From Alkanindiges illinoisensis DSM 15370 (lineage in GTDB: Bacteria; Pseudomonadota; Gammaproteobacteria; Pseudomonadales; Moraxellaceae), in contig NZ_JHUX01000003.1 in assembly GCF_000619845.1 (NCBI RefSeq), positions 1,570,064 to 1,602,063 of the forward strand: a stretch of DNA of 32,000 nucleotides, read 5' to 3'. Of this stretch, positions 5,172 through 13,689 are shown in pieces. Position 1 is the stretch's first letter. Each line of letters starts with the position of its first letter. The position numbers and the translations under genes are program-made. The notes under the pieces are model-generated. The model was not told the origin of the DNA. It ran no database searches and was given only the letters and a program-made list of their open reading frames with translations.

Positions 5172-7886
5172 ATGATGAACAACTTGAAATTTTCTGAATT
5201 AAAGAAAGAACTTCAAAATAAGATGCGTACTGTCAAAGATTTAGCTCGATATATAGATAAGAAGCGAGAATTACATCCGAATTATAGTATTTTTCTAGGT
5301 TCAGGTGCTTCTGTGACATCTGGCATTAAAAGTGGAGGGCAACTTGTTAATGAGTGGAGAAGAGAAATATATGAACAAACAAGTGAAAAACCATATCTTA
5401 TAAGCATCGAAGATGCGAATAAAACTCTTAGTGAGGAGGACGCTCTTAAGCAAGCTGTTCAATATCTTATTCATGAACAAGGTTCTTGGTACAATCCACT
5501 TAATGAATATTCATCCTTATTTGAAAGAAAATTTGATTTACCTTCACAACGTAGAAGGTTTGTTGAAAAATTAGTAGATGAAAAATTACCATCTATCGGT
5601 TACCTGTATCTTATCTCATTAATAAACGAAGGTTACTTTAATACAATTTTTACAACTAATTTTGATGATTTGATTAATGAAGCTTTCTACCAGTTTTCCA
5701 ATATTAGACCACATGTTTGTGCTCATGACTCATCAATAGGAAGCTTATCTGTATTATCAAATAGACCTAAAATTATCAAACTTCATGGTGATTATCTTTT
5801 TGACGATATTAAAAATACATTAAGAGAAACTGAAAGCTTAGAAACTAATACTAAAGAGAAATTTATTGAATTTTCTAAAGAAAGTGGCTTAATTATTGTT
5901 GGCTATTCAGGCCAAGATCGTTCAGTAATGGACGTAATAAATTATTTACTCCAGCAAGAAGAATATTTGAAAAATGGTTTATATTGGTGTTTTAGAAAAG
6001 ATGATGAGATCCCGCATGAAATTAGAAAAATTCTATGGAGAGATAAAGTTTATTGTATTGAAATCGAAGGATATGATCAATTTCTAGCAGATATATTTCT
6101 ACAATTAAATTGCAAATTATCTTTAACTGATAAAGATTTCCATTCTAAACGTGATAAATGTATTAAAAGTTTCATTGAAGATAATTTTAATCTAAATACA
6201 AGTGAAGCCATTTCAATGCATATTGATGAAATGAAGGCATTAAATAGAAGGCAAGATATTTCAAAATTTTTGCAACAGATAAAGGAAACAGATCTCAATC
6301 AATTAGATCAAATAGAATTTAAAAGTATGCTTGAAATAGAAACTTTGATAAAAGAAAGAAAATTTGATGAAGTTGATAAAAAAATTGATCTAAAGCTTAT
6401 GGAAAAATTAAATCCTGATCTTAAAGAAAATTATTTTAAATTAAAATTAAAAAGTTATAAAATGGCTGGAGAAACAAAAAAGGCTATAGACTTTATTGAT
6501 GAGTTAATCAGAACTGACCCTTTCAATCAAAAGTTATTAACATGGAAGTTGGATTTTTTAGAAGCATTAAAGGAGCAGATTTATACTGTTAAAGATTTTT
6601 GTGATAAAAACCAATACTCTTATACAATACGAAATAAATTAGTACGTTTACTTTTAGAATATAATGAATCCAGAAATAAGTGGCATGAAACTATTACTCT
6701 TGAAAATTCTTTAGATATTATAAATGATAGCTTAAAAATTAATTCTAGCTTAGATAATAGTGCTTATACTCTTAAGTTAAAAATATTAGATCAAATTAAT
6801 AAGAAAAAACTTAAAACTAGTCTAAAACCATCAGAGAAAGATAAATTAAATCAGCCTTTAAAGGACTTAATAAAATCTGCAGAATCAATTAATCCTATAC
6901 ATCTTCAATTCCTCGAATTAAAAAAACTCTTTGCATTAATAACTCTTGATCCATCTGATATTAATAATTATATACAAGCATGTACATTTACTAACTCTTA
7001 CGTTAATAATAAATTACAAATAAATCTTTTAGAGAAGCAAGTTGCTTTTTACAATACTTTATTATTACATAAAGATTTTAATGATATAGAAACAACTAAC
7101 AACATTGAGAAATTTTTTCTACACGCAGGCAATTATCCACATGCAAATACTAATATGATATTTATAATAGGCAAAGTTGATTTTTTAATTGATAATAAAA
7201 GAGATTTAGGTCAAGGTATCGAAATACTATATGATTTATTAGAAAATGTTGAATCTTATAGTTATATTTTAAGTATTATTAATAGAATTTGTTATGATAA
7301 TTCATCTAATAATTTAAGTCGTATTAAAGTTAAATTGGAAAGTATTAAAAATCTTATTGATCACGAAGATTATTTAATATGTTACTGCTATATTACTGAT
7401 GCAGAGAATAAAACATTAGACGCACTTAAATTTTTTATTGAGTTTTTTGAAATTCAAACAAACAAGCAGAATCATCTTATTAAATACACTTATTTCTTAC
7501 TTAAAGCTGAAAAATACGATGAAGTAATTAAGCTTTATGAAGATAATAAAAGCCTTATACGTGAACTAAGTCATGAAAATCAAGTAGTTCTATCTATAAA
7601 TCTTATTTGTGCTGAAAAGGCTAAGTATCAAGTTCTCAGTGAATCTAATAAATCATTGTTAAATCAATATAGATCTTCAAAGCCTACTCCATCAATATTT
7701 ATATGTGCTTTAGCCCTTTTAGAAGATAATCAGGCTTTTCATCATATGAAAGAACGTATCTATAAAGAATTTAGTGCATATTATGAACTGCGTAGCTGGC
7801 CAGCGATGAGTGAGAAATTTAAGAAACTATTAGATCAAGAATTTCAGAATATTACTGTAGATCCCATATCTAAGTTAGCAAGTTAA
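5172..7886 (+). CDS. SIR2_2-family (ThsA/DSR-type) NAD-binding domain fused to a ~600-aa TPR-like helical-repeat region; candidate NAD+-depleting defence protein
   Basis: N-terminal motifs appear in the order seen in ThsA/DSR SIR2 domains: IFLGSGASVTSGI (G-x-G NAD loop), IFTTNFDDLINEAF (TTN[YF]D), IIKLHGDYLFD (catalytic His) and LIIVGYSGQDRSV. The remainder is K/N/L/I-rich with TPR-like segments (e.g. AIDFIDELIRTDPFNQKLL). Confidence 0.8.
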   Translation: MMNNLKFSELKKELQNKMRTVKDLARYIDKKRELHPNYSIFLGSGASVTSGIKSGGQLVNEWRREIYEQTSEKPYLISIEDANKTLSEEDALKQAVQYLIHEQGSWYNPLNEYSSLFERKFDLPSQRRRFVEKLVDEKLPSIGYLYLISLINEGYFNTIFTTNFDDLINEAFYQFSNIRPHVCAHDSSIGSLSVLSNRPKIIKLHGDYLFDDIKNTLRETESLETNTKEKFIEFSKESGLIIVGYSGQDRSVMDVINYLLQQEEYLKNGLYWCFRKDDEIPHEIRKILWRDKVYCIEIEGYDQFLADIFLQLNCKLSLTDKDFHSKRDKCIKSFIEDNFNLNTSEAISMHIDEMKALNRRQDISKFLQQIKETDLNQLDQIEFKSMLEIETLIKERKFDEVDKKIDLKLMEKLNPDLKENYFKLKLKSYKMAGETKKAIDFIDELIRTDPFNQKLLTWKLDFLEALKEQIYTVKDFCDKNQYSYTIRNKLVRLLLEYNESRNKWHETITLENSLDIINDSLKINSSLDNSAYTLKLKILDQINKKKLKTSLKPSEKDKLNQPLKDLIKSAESINPIHLQFLELKKLFALITLDPSDINNYIQACTFTNSYVNNKLQINLLEKQVAFYNTLLLHKDFNDIETTNNIEKFFLHAGNYPHANTNMIFIIGKVDFLIDNKRDLGQGIEILYDLLENVESYSYILSIINRICYDNSSNNLSRIKVKLESIKNLIDHEDYLICYCYITDAENKTLDALKFFIEFFEIQTNKQNHLIKYTYFLLKAEKYDEVIKLYEDNKSLIRELSHENQVVLSINLICAEKAKYQVLSESNKSLLNQYRSSKPTPSIFICALALLEDNQAFHHMKERIYKEFSAYYELRSWPAMSEKFKKLLDQEFQNITVDPISKLAS

Positions 7887-7909
7887 TATTTTCTATAAAA
7901 TTTATTCAA

Positions 7910-7934
7910 AGCCCTGCTCATCTTTAGTAGGGCT
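7910..7934. terminator. Hairpin between the convergent SIR2 gene and ogr (bidirectional terminator candidate)
   Basis: AGCCCTGCT-catcttt-AGTAGGGCT, a 9-bp stem with one G-U pair. There is a partial T-run on the minus side only. Confidence 0.5.
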
Positions 7935-7942
7935 AACAGTAA

Positions 7943-8203
7943 TTATATAGCTGCATGCTCATCATTCGCGGCCTTACGCTGGGCCGTGATCTCATCATGG
8001 GTTTTAAGCTGGATGCCAGGACGTGGACAGGCGCTTGGTGAAATCTGGTGAGTGATTTCCAAATTACCGCCACAAGTAAAACCGCATAGATAATTACTGC
8101 ACTGAAACCAAAGCTGGCGCAAAAGTGGATGCGCTTCCCTGCTGCTTCGTATAGTCATTGATGCTGCACAATGTGGGCATTGAAATTTGCTACGTTGAGC
8201 CAT
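7943..8203 (-). CDS. ogr: Ogr/Delta-family zinc-finger late transcription activator
   Basis: Motif CPHC...(22 aa)...QCSNYLCGFTC gives a four-Cys pattern like P2 Ogr. Its position immediately after gene D is as in P2. Confidence 0.9.
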   Translation of the reverse strand: MAQRSKFQCPHCAASMTIRSSREAHPLLRQLWFQCSNYLCGFTCGGNLEITHQISPSACPRPGIQLKTHDEITAQRKAANDEHAAI

Positions 8204-8278
8204 AATTTTCTGTAACTTTCCATTGATTATTTTATGTCCATCATAGCAAATTCGGTTAAATATTTGTGCTTTAAGTAA

Positions 8279-9535
8279 CTATTTTTTAGATTTTTTTAAA
8301 GCAAGTAGCTCCTGATATTCCCGATTGGCCGCAATGGTTGCGGTCTGCTGGGTTTTATACAGATAGGTCAGGCGTTTTGGTGTGGTCTGATCGCCTGAGG
8401 TGACCTTTGCGGTGTTTTTACCATCCTTATAATATGCCACGATGCCTGTATAGTCGCCGCGTTCATCATCAATCAGTTCACTTAAATCATCGGCATCTGG
8501 CAAATACACTTCCAGCTCAACTGACGTGCTATAGCCATTATCGGCATCCAGTGTATGCACTACCCGTGAACCCAGCCAGATAATATCGTCAATTTCCGGT
8601 TTTAAGCCTAAAAATGATATTGGCATTTCCGGGATAAGTTCTGGCTCACCTTTGGCCAGGTTATAACTAAAAGTGCAGGATTTGCTTTTTAACCGGTTAA
8701 ATTCGGCCTGGGCAGTATGCAGTGCACTATTTTTATCGCGCTGGATGTTGCGAAGTTCCTTGGTGTTTTCATTGGACTGGCCAATGGTGACTTTCTGCTT
8801 TTCGGCCTTGTCCGGATCATAGTAATAACAGGTCACACCGCTAATATCATCTGCCCCATCAGTATCTGAAAAACGGTGGCTGTCGCCCTGGATACGACGA
8901 ATAATAAATTCTGGAAATGACACACCGCTGGCAGTCTGGCCAGTACCTTTAGGCATAAATAGCAAATTGCCATTTTTGACCGTGGCGATTGCGTCGTGTT
9001 CATCGGCGATCCGGGTGATCAGATTGGCATCAGATTCATTCTGATCGATATGAGCCAGCACGATTTTTGCCAGTTCAGGATTAACTTTAGGCGTTAGGCC
9101 CTGTTCGCCAGCAATGGCGGTGATGATGTCGCCAATGGTTTTTTTATCAAAACTACGTTCCTTTTTTTTCTTAAACGTACTTTTTAAATCCGCTGAAGCG
9201 CCACGAATGGTGATGATATCCGGTGCACCGCTATGCTCACGCTCCTTGACCAGATATTTACCTTTATAGACAAGGCCAGTATCACTCCACCCGATCCAGG
9301 CGTGGATCTCTGCCCCCTTGGGTGGAATTTCCAGTTTTCCGTCATGGTCTGACAGCTCAATGTCGATACTATCTGCTTCAATCCCACGATTATCAGTGAT
9401 GGTCATCCGCATTAAGCGTGTGGCCACCAGTGCGCCAATGTCCTTATCATTAACAACCAGGCGGTAAATTGCCTGTGGGTAGGATTCACCCAGCTGCTGG
9501 TTTACATAGGAAATAGCATTACTGACTAAACTCAT
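8279..9535 (-). CDS. D: Tail protein D (late control gene D protein)
   Basis: 418 aa. Follows U with a 4-nt overlap and is the last gene of the FI operon, as in P2. Confidence 0.85.
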   Translation of the reverse strand: MSLVSNAISYVNQQLGESYPQAIYRLVVNDKDIGALVATRLMRMTITDNRGIEADSIDIELSDHDGKLEIPPKGAEIHAWIGWSDTGLVYKGKYLVKEREHSGAPDIITIRGASADLKSTFKKKKERSFDKKTIGDIITAIAGEQGLTPKVNPELAKIVLAHIDQNESDANLITRIADEHDAIATVKNGNLLFMPKGTGQTASGVSFPEFIIRRIQGDSHRFSDTDGADDISGVTCYYYDPDKAEKQKVTIGQSNENTKELRNIQRDKNSALHTAQAEFNRLKSKSCTFSYNLAKGEPELIPEMPISFLGLKPEIDDIIWLGSRVVHTLDADNGYSTSVELEVYLPDADDLSELIDDERGDYTGIVAYYKDGKNTAKVTSGDQTTPKRLTYLYKTQQTATIAANREYQELLALKKSKK

Positions 9536-9963
9536 TTGAATAACTTTCCTGAGATCCAGCGAATCACATTACCGATCAGCGTGGCTGAAGTCTGGGTTTT
9601 CTTCAGTACCAGGCTAAATTCTATTTTTTGTGCGGTGCCATCCTGAAAAAAATAACTCTTTGTTTCTGACAGGCTTTCAATAAACCATAAGCCATAAATC
9701 GTGCCATTGCCGCAGATCAATGGAAATGCACTGCCAGTGTCTGCCATGTCGCGTAATGTAGTTAATGAAGTAGGTGAACCCTTAAAACCTGGCATGATGC
9801 TGCCATCCAGTGTGATAGTGTCTTCCCCACGTCCTACAAACTGATAGGCTGGTGCATCACCTACCCGCGAATTGCTGGCATGCCGCCAGTTATTAGTACG
9901 CTGCAGCTGCTGGTAGGTGGCAGTAGGCAGGGAAAAAACAAACATACCCAAGATCATCATCAT
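9532..9963 (-). CDS. U: Tail protein U
   Basis: MMMILGMFVFSL...NWRHASNSRVG..PAYQFVGRGEDTITLDGSIMP resembles the P2 gpU N-terminus. Confidence 0.9.
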   Translation of the reverse strand: MMMILGMFVFSLPTATYQQLQRTNNWRHASNSRVGDAPAYQFVGRGEDTITLDGSIMPGFKGSPTSLTTLRDMADTGSAFPLICGNGTIYGLWFIESLSETKSYFFQDGTAQKIEFSLVLKKTQTSATLIGNVIRWISGKLFK

Positions 9964-9975
9964 TTGAATATCCCC

Positions 9976-12597
9976 TTAATTATGGTCTTTGTAGCTGTTA
10001 CGGGCACGTGCCTGCTTTTGCTGGTCACGGCGAGTTAGAATTTGCTCTACCTGCTGGGCAATCTGCTGGGGTGACTGTCCTGGTTGTGTATGGAATACAA
10101 ATGAGTTTGTATCGCCCTGGACATGCACCGGTGCAGCAGCTGGACGTGTCTGCAGCTGAACCGGTTTAATCTTGTTGACTAGCGGTGGCGTTACTGCCGG
10201 AATTGACGCTAGTGCTGGATTGCTTGACAGGCCAGCATAGGCAGGGGCTGATGTACCAAAACTAAAGGAAGGCATGGCATTTTTAATATTTGCCCAAACG
10301 CCTTTTAGTTTTTCAAAACCGGACGTTAGGCCGTTGATTAAGCCATTAATGATCAGGCTGCCAAAATCAGTAAACTTGGCAGGCAGATCAACTCCAAACC
10401 AGCTTAATACCTTGGCAAATACAGAATAAAACAGGCCTAGCGGCGACCAATTGGTGATGAGCTTACTCATGCCCCCAATGCCACCACCAAAAGCCGTTTT
10501 TGCTTCTGTCATGCGTGCACCAAACCAGCTGCCGATCGGCGCAAATTTGTCAGTGATAGATTGCTTTACAGAGGTGAATTTTTCTGTAATCGATGTGCCT
10601 AAATCGCTAAAAAAGCCATATATAGGTTCCCAGTTCTTGTAGATCAGGTATGCACCTGCAGCAATCGCTGTAATAGCCAACCCAATAGGATTCATTAAAA
10701 ATAGTCTGCCTACCCATAAAAATATACGGCCTAGACCAAAGAAGGCAGATTTGGCAGCATTAAATACAGTGGGTAATACACTAAAAATACGGGTAAGTAA
10801 TGTGCCACCTGTGCCCAGTGAAGCCATAATCAAGCGAAGGCTGAACATCCCTAGGATCAATGGGGAGAATACGGCCAAAGCGCCACCAATAACGATCAGG
10901 CTTGCTGCAATACCAAGCAGGCCTACACCCAGCATTTTTGCCAGTGCCGGGTTTTGCTGCAGCCACTCAGTAAAGGTTTTTAATGCACCAGTGGCCGTTT
11001 CAAGTGCCTGGGTATAGATGGGTAAAATGGTCTGGCCAAAGTCCAGATAAGCATCATGCAGTTTGGCCTTGGCTTCCAGCTCTTTACCTGCAGTGGTGTC
11101 TTTTGCCTTATCATAAATCTGGTCGATATTATCCGCACCCTCATTGAGCTTGGCATTTTTGTGTACCTGAGTGCGTTGCTGATACATGGTGGCAAACAGG
11201 TTTGATGCAGTCCGGTTGCTAAAAATACTGCCGATAGCATCAATGATATCCCCTTCCTTGGTAATGCCCTTTGCTTTCAACGCAGGCACCAGAATTTGTT
11301 CCATCCATGCGAACTGGTCACGTTTAAATAAATCTGCACCTTTAATCGCGCCAACATCTAAAAATGCAAGCTGGCCTGCTTTATCGCGCTGCACTTTTCG
11401 GCTATCAGAAATTAGCCCAAATTTGTCCAGGTTATCCATTGCCCTATTGGTGGTACGGCCCTGATACAAGTTTTGATATGCCGACATTACAGCTGTCCCC
11501 ACGCGGTGCCCACCCATTTCCTGTACGAATGGTTCCATCTTGTAGTAAAAGGCTTTGTTATCAAGTCCTTTAGCGGCAATACCACCTGTTTTAATGGCAT
11601 TTAGCCATTCTTCACCCTGAACACGGCCACCAGTTGCTGTAATCACCTGTTGAATAATATTGGCCTGTTCCTTGAAAGCAGCTTCACTTTTTAGGCCATT
11701 ACGCATTTCAATGACTTTAAGCATGTCCATGAATTTTTTTTCATTTTCTGCACCATGCTCATTGCCATACATGGCTTCATTGCCAAATTTCATTTTAGCC
11801 AGGATGGGTGCTGCCATTTCTGCATGATGCACGTCAGCAAATGCAGTCAAACCATCACGCATCAGTGTCAGGTTTTCAACCGTAGATGTGCCAAAAGTTT
11901 TCATAGCCCGGGCATGTTTAATGGACTCTTTAGTAACTTGGTCACCTAAACCTAATGATGCAATGCGATAAGTTTCAGTTTCATAATGCTTGCTTTCATT
12001 AATAGGCTTTTTGAACTGGTACATGGCACCAATGCCAGTCATGGCTGCCCCTGCACCATACATGGCTGCCGTACGCAGCTTGCCCGATGTGTTTTGATAG
12101 TTTTGCTGCAGCTGGTTTAAATGCTGCAATTGCTGCTGTTGCTGCTGTAGTCCCTGATTACTCTGATTGAGCTGGGTACGAAGCCGCTGCTGGTGATTAG
12201 CAAGGTTATTGGTAGATAGGCCTGCCTGATTCAAATCGGCACGCATGCGCTGCAACTGGATGCTGTTTTGCTCATGCTGCTGTTTTAGGCGTTTTGCAGC
12301 TGCTACAGACTTATCAAAATCACGGGTTAAAGCTGCAGATGGGTTGGTGGCCATCTGCTGACGTAAGGATTTGATTTTATCCTGCATGTCTTTTAAGGCA
12401 CGTGCGCTGTCCTGTACTGCTTTTTTCTGACGAATGTAGCCATCTACTTTGCCCTGCTGGGCTTCAAGCTCTTTAATTTGTTGTTTGGTTTGCCTTAAAG
12501 CATTGGCAGCAGCTTTACTACTACCAACAATAGTGCGTAAAGCGGGGCTTAACTTGTTAGCCGCCCCGAAAATAACTTCTAGTTTTAATGTTTTCAT
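9976..12597 (-). CDS. T: Tail tape measure protein T
   Basis: 873 aa with an N-terminal coiled coil (Q-rich), Gly/Ala-rich hydrophobic segments and a conserved position after E/E'. Confidence 0.9.
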   Translation of the reverse strand: MKTLKLEVIFGAANKLSPALRTIVGSSKAAANALRQTKQQIKELEAQQGKVDGYIRQKKAVQDSARALKDMQDKIKSLRQQMATNPSAALTRDFDKSVAAAKRLKQQHEQNSIQLQRMRADLNQAGLSTNNLANHQQRLRTQLNQSNQGLQQQQQQLQHLNQLQQNYQNTSGKLRTAAMYGAGAAMTGIGAMYQFKKPINESKHYETETYRIASLGLGDQVTKESIKHARAMKTFGTSTVENLTLMRDGLTAFADVHHAEMAAPILAKMKFGNEAMYGNEHGAENEKKFMDMLKVIEMRNGLKSEAAFKEQANIIQQVITATGGRVQGEEWLNAIKTGGIAAKGLDNKAFYYKMEPFVQEMGGHRVGTAVMSAYQNLYQGRTTNRAMDNLDKFGLISDSRKVQRDKAGQLAFLDVGAIKGADLFKRDQFAWMEQILVPALKAKGITKEGDIIDAIGSIFSNRTASNLFATMYQQRTQVHKNAKLNEGADNIDQIYDKAKDTTAGKELEAKAKLHDAYLDFGQTILPIYTQALETATGALKTFTEWLQQNPALAKMLGVGLLGIAASLIVIGGALAVFSPLILGMFSLRLIMASLGTGGTLLTRIFSVLPTVFNAAKSAFFGLGRIFLWVGRLFLMNPIGLAITAIAAGAYLIYKNWEPIYGFFSDLGTSITEKFTSVKQSITDKFAPIGSWFGARMTEAKTAFGGGIGGMSKLITNWSPLGLFYSVFAKVLSWFGVDLPAKFTDFGSLIINGLINGLTSGFEKLKGVWANIKNAMPSFSFGTSAPAYAGLSSNPALASIPAVTPPLVNKIKPVQLQTRPAAAPVHVQGDTNSFVFHTQPGQSPQQIAQQVEQILTRRDQQKQARARNSYKDHN

Positions 12598-13081
12598 TCA
12601 GCATCTGATCCATTTCGTTCAATGGCTTTTTGATGCCAAAGCATCAATTCTGATAGGGACATGTGTTCATAAGCTTGCGGTGGCCAGTGAAAGACCACCG
12701 CAATATTGGCGATGGCATCTTCTACTGTTGCTGTAAGAGTGCTGCACGCGTCGACTTCGGTTGCAAAAAAGTGATAAATACCGCCCCGAACTGTGCAATA
12801 TCACAAGGATCAAGTTGTTGAACCTGGGCACGGGTTAAGGTTGGTGTGGTCACTTTAGGTAGCAAGGTTAAAACAGATGTAACATCGCCCTGGATTAAAT
12901 CGGCAATCTTTAAACCCTGCAGCGCCAGTGCATTTGGCTTACGCACTTCAACTTCTGTAATTTCCTGATTACCCATCATCAGTGGAGTATCCAGGTTAAT
13001 CACTTCAACATCAGGATTAACGGCGCGTCGATTTTCAAGTTGATCTGCGGTTGGTTCTTGGGTTTGTTTTGCGGTTTGCAT
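12594..13081 (-). CDS. E+E': Tail assembly chaperone E+E', product of a -1 programmed frameshift
   Basis: A slip at T_TTT_TTG (12764-12770) opens 57 further codons (FFATEVDACSTLTATVEDAIANIAVVFHWPPQAYEHMSLSELMLWHQKAIERNGSDAE). They end in a TGA that overlaps the T start codon (ATGA). Confidence 0.85.
12722..13081 (-). CDS. E: Tail assembly chaperone E
   Basis: 119 aa. The pattern L..P...G...I..V.V.KP.A.ALQGL...LPKVTTPTLTRAQVQQLDP resembles P2 gpE. It contains the slippery site near its 3' end. Confidence 0.9.
   Translation of the reverse strand: MQTAKQTQEPTADQLENRRAVNPDVEVINLDTPLMMGNQEITEVEVRKPNALALQGLKIADLIQGDVTSVLTLLPKVTTPTLTRAQVQQLDPCDIAQFGAVFITFLQPKSTRAALLQQQ
12764..12770 (-). promoter_or_regulatory. 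Slippery heptamer TTTTTTG for the E/E+E' -1 frameshift
   Basis: The minus strand reads ACT TTT TTG CAA in the E frame. This is the same heptamer P2 uses. Confidence 0.85.
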
Positions 13082-13116
13082 AAAAATATCCTTAAAGAAT
13101 TAAAACAGCGTTATTT

Positions 13117-13150
13117 AAAAAAACCTTGTGCAACACGTGGCCACACAAGG
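13117..13150 (-). terminator. Hairpin plus T-run between FII and E (intra-operon attenuator or terminator)
   Basis: The minus strand reads CCTTGTG-tggccacgtgttg-CACAAGG followed by TTTTTTT. Confidence 0.6.
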
Positions 13151-13160
13151 GGGAGGAAAC

Positions 13161-13676
13161 TTATAAACCAATGTTTTTGCGATGAGCCTTAAGCAGATCC
13201 ACGCCATTAACCTTTTCAACCAGGTTGGGAATGTCAATTTCCACAATGACTTCGCCATCAATAGTGAGCTTGTAGTAGCTCCAGATGGTTTTAATAGTCA
13301 TTTCAGTATCATCACCGGCTTTGGCATTGCCAAAGTCGATTTCCTGATGCCGACCGCGCACAACAATTTCAACTGCAGACGTTTCACCAGTGTCATCACG
13401 CTGGTAAGAACCGGCAAAGCGCAAGCCAATACCGGATACTGATGTAACCCCAAATTGGCGGATGACTAGCGGATCGATACCGCCCAGCTTCCAAGTCATT
13501 TCAGTAATTGCATCGTCCAGTCCAAAATCGACATCGACCGCGCCATTCATACCGCCACCGCGCCATTTTTCAAACTTGCGGCCAAGCTTTGGCGGGGTGA
13601 CTTCACCTGTTTGGCCCAGGTAGGAATTACCTTCGTTAAACAGGTTCATCAATTTGAGTTTTTTAGGGAGTGCCAT
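13161..13676 (-). CDS. FII: Tail tube protein FII
   Basis: MALPKKLKLMNLFNEGNSYLGQ...PKLGRKFEKWRGGGMNGAVDVDFGLDD closely parallels the P2 gpFII N-terminus. Confidence 0.95.
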   Translation of the reverse strand: MALPKKLKLMNLFNEGNSYLGQTGEVTPPKLGRKFEKWRGGGMNGAVDVDFGLDDAITEMTWKLGGIDPLVIRQFGVTSVSGIGLRFAGSYQRDDTGETSAVEIVVRGRHQEIDFGNAKAGDDTEMTIKTIWSYYKLTIDGEVIVEIDIPNLVEKVNGVDLLKAHRKNIGL

Positions 13677-13689
13677 ATTTTCTAATTCC

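Noticed and set aside
1941-7886. TIR-like/NDT-like protein plus a SIR2 protein in one island: could this be a Thoeris (ThsB + ThsA) system?
   Set aside because: The two genes are about 2.3 kb apart, on opposite strands and in different repeat-delimited modules. The SIR2 protein has a helical-repeat tail instead of a SLOG (or TM/Macro) signal-binding domain. The small protein lacks the canonical TIR start motif. I treat them as independent modules unless co-occurrence data say otherwise.
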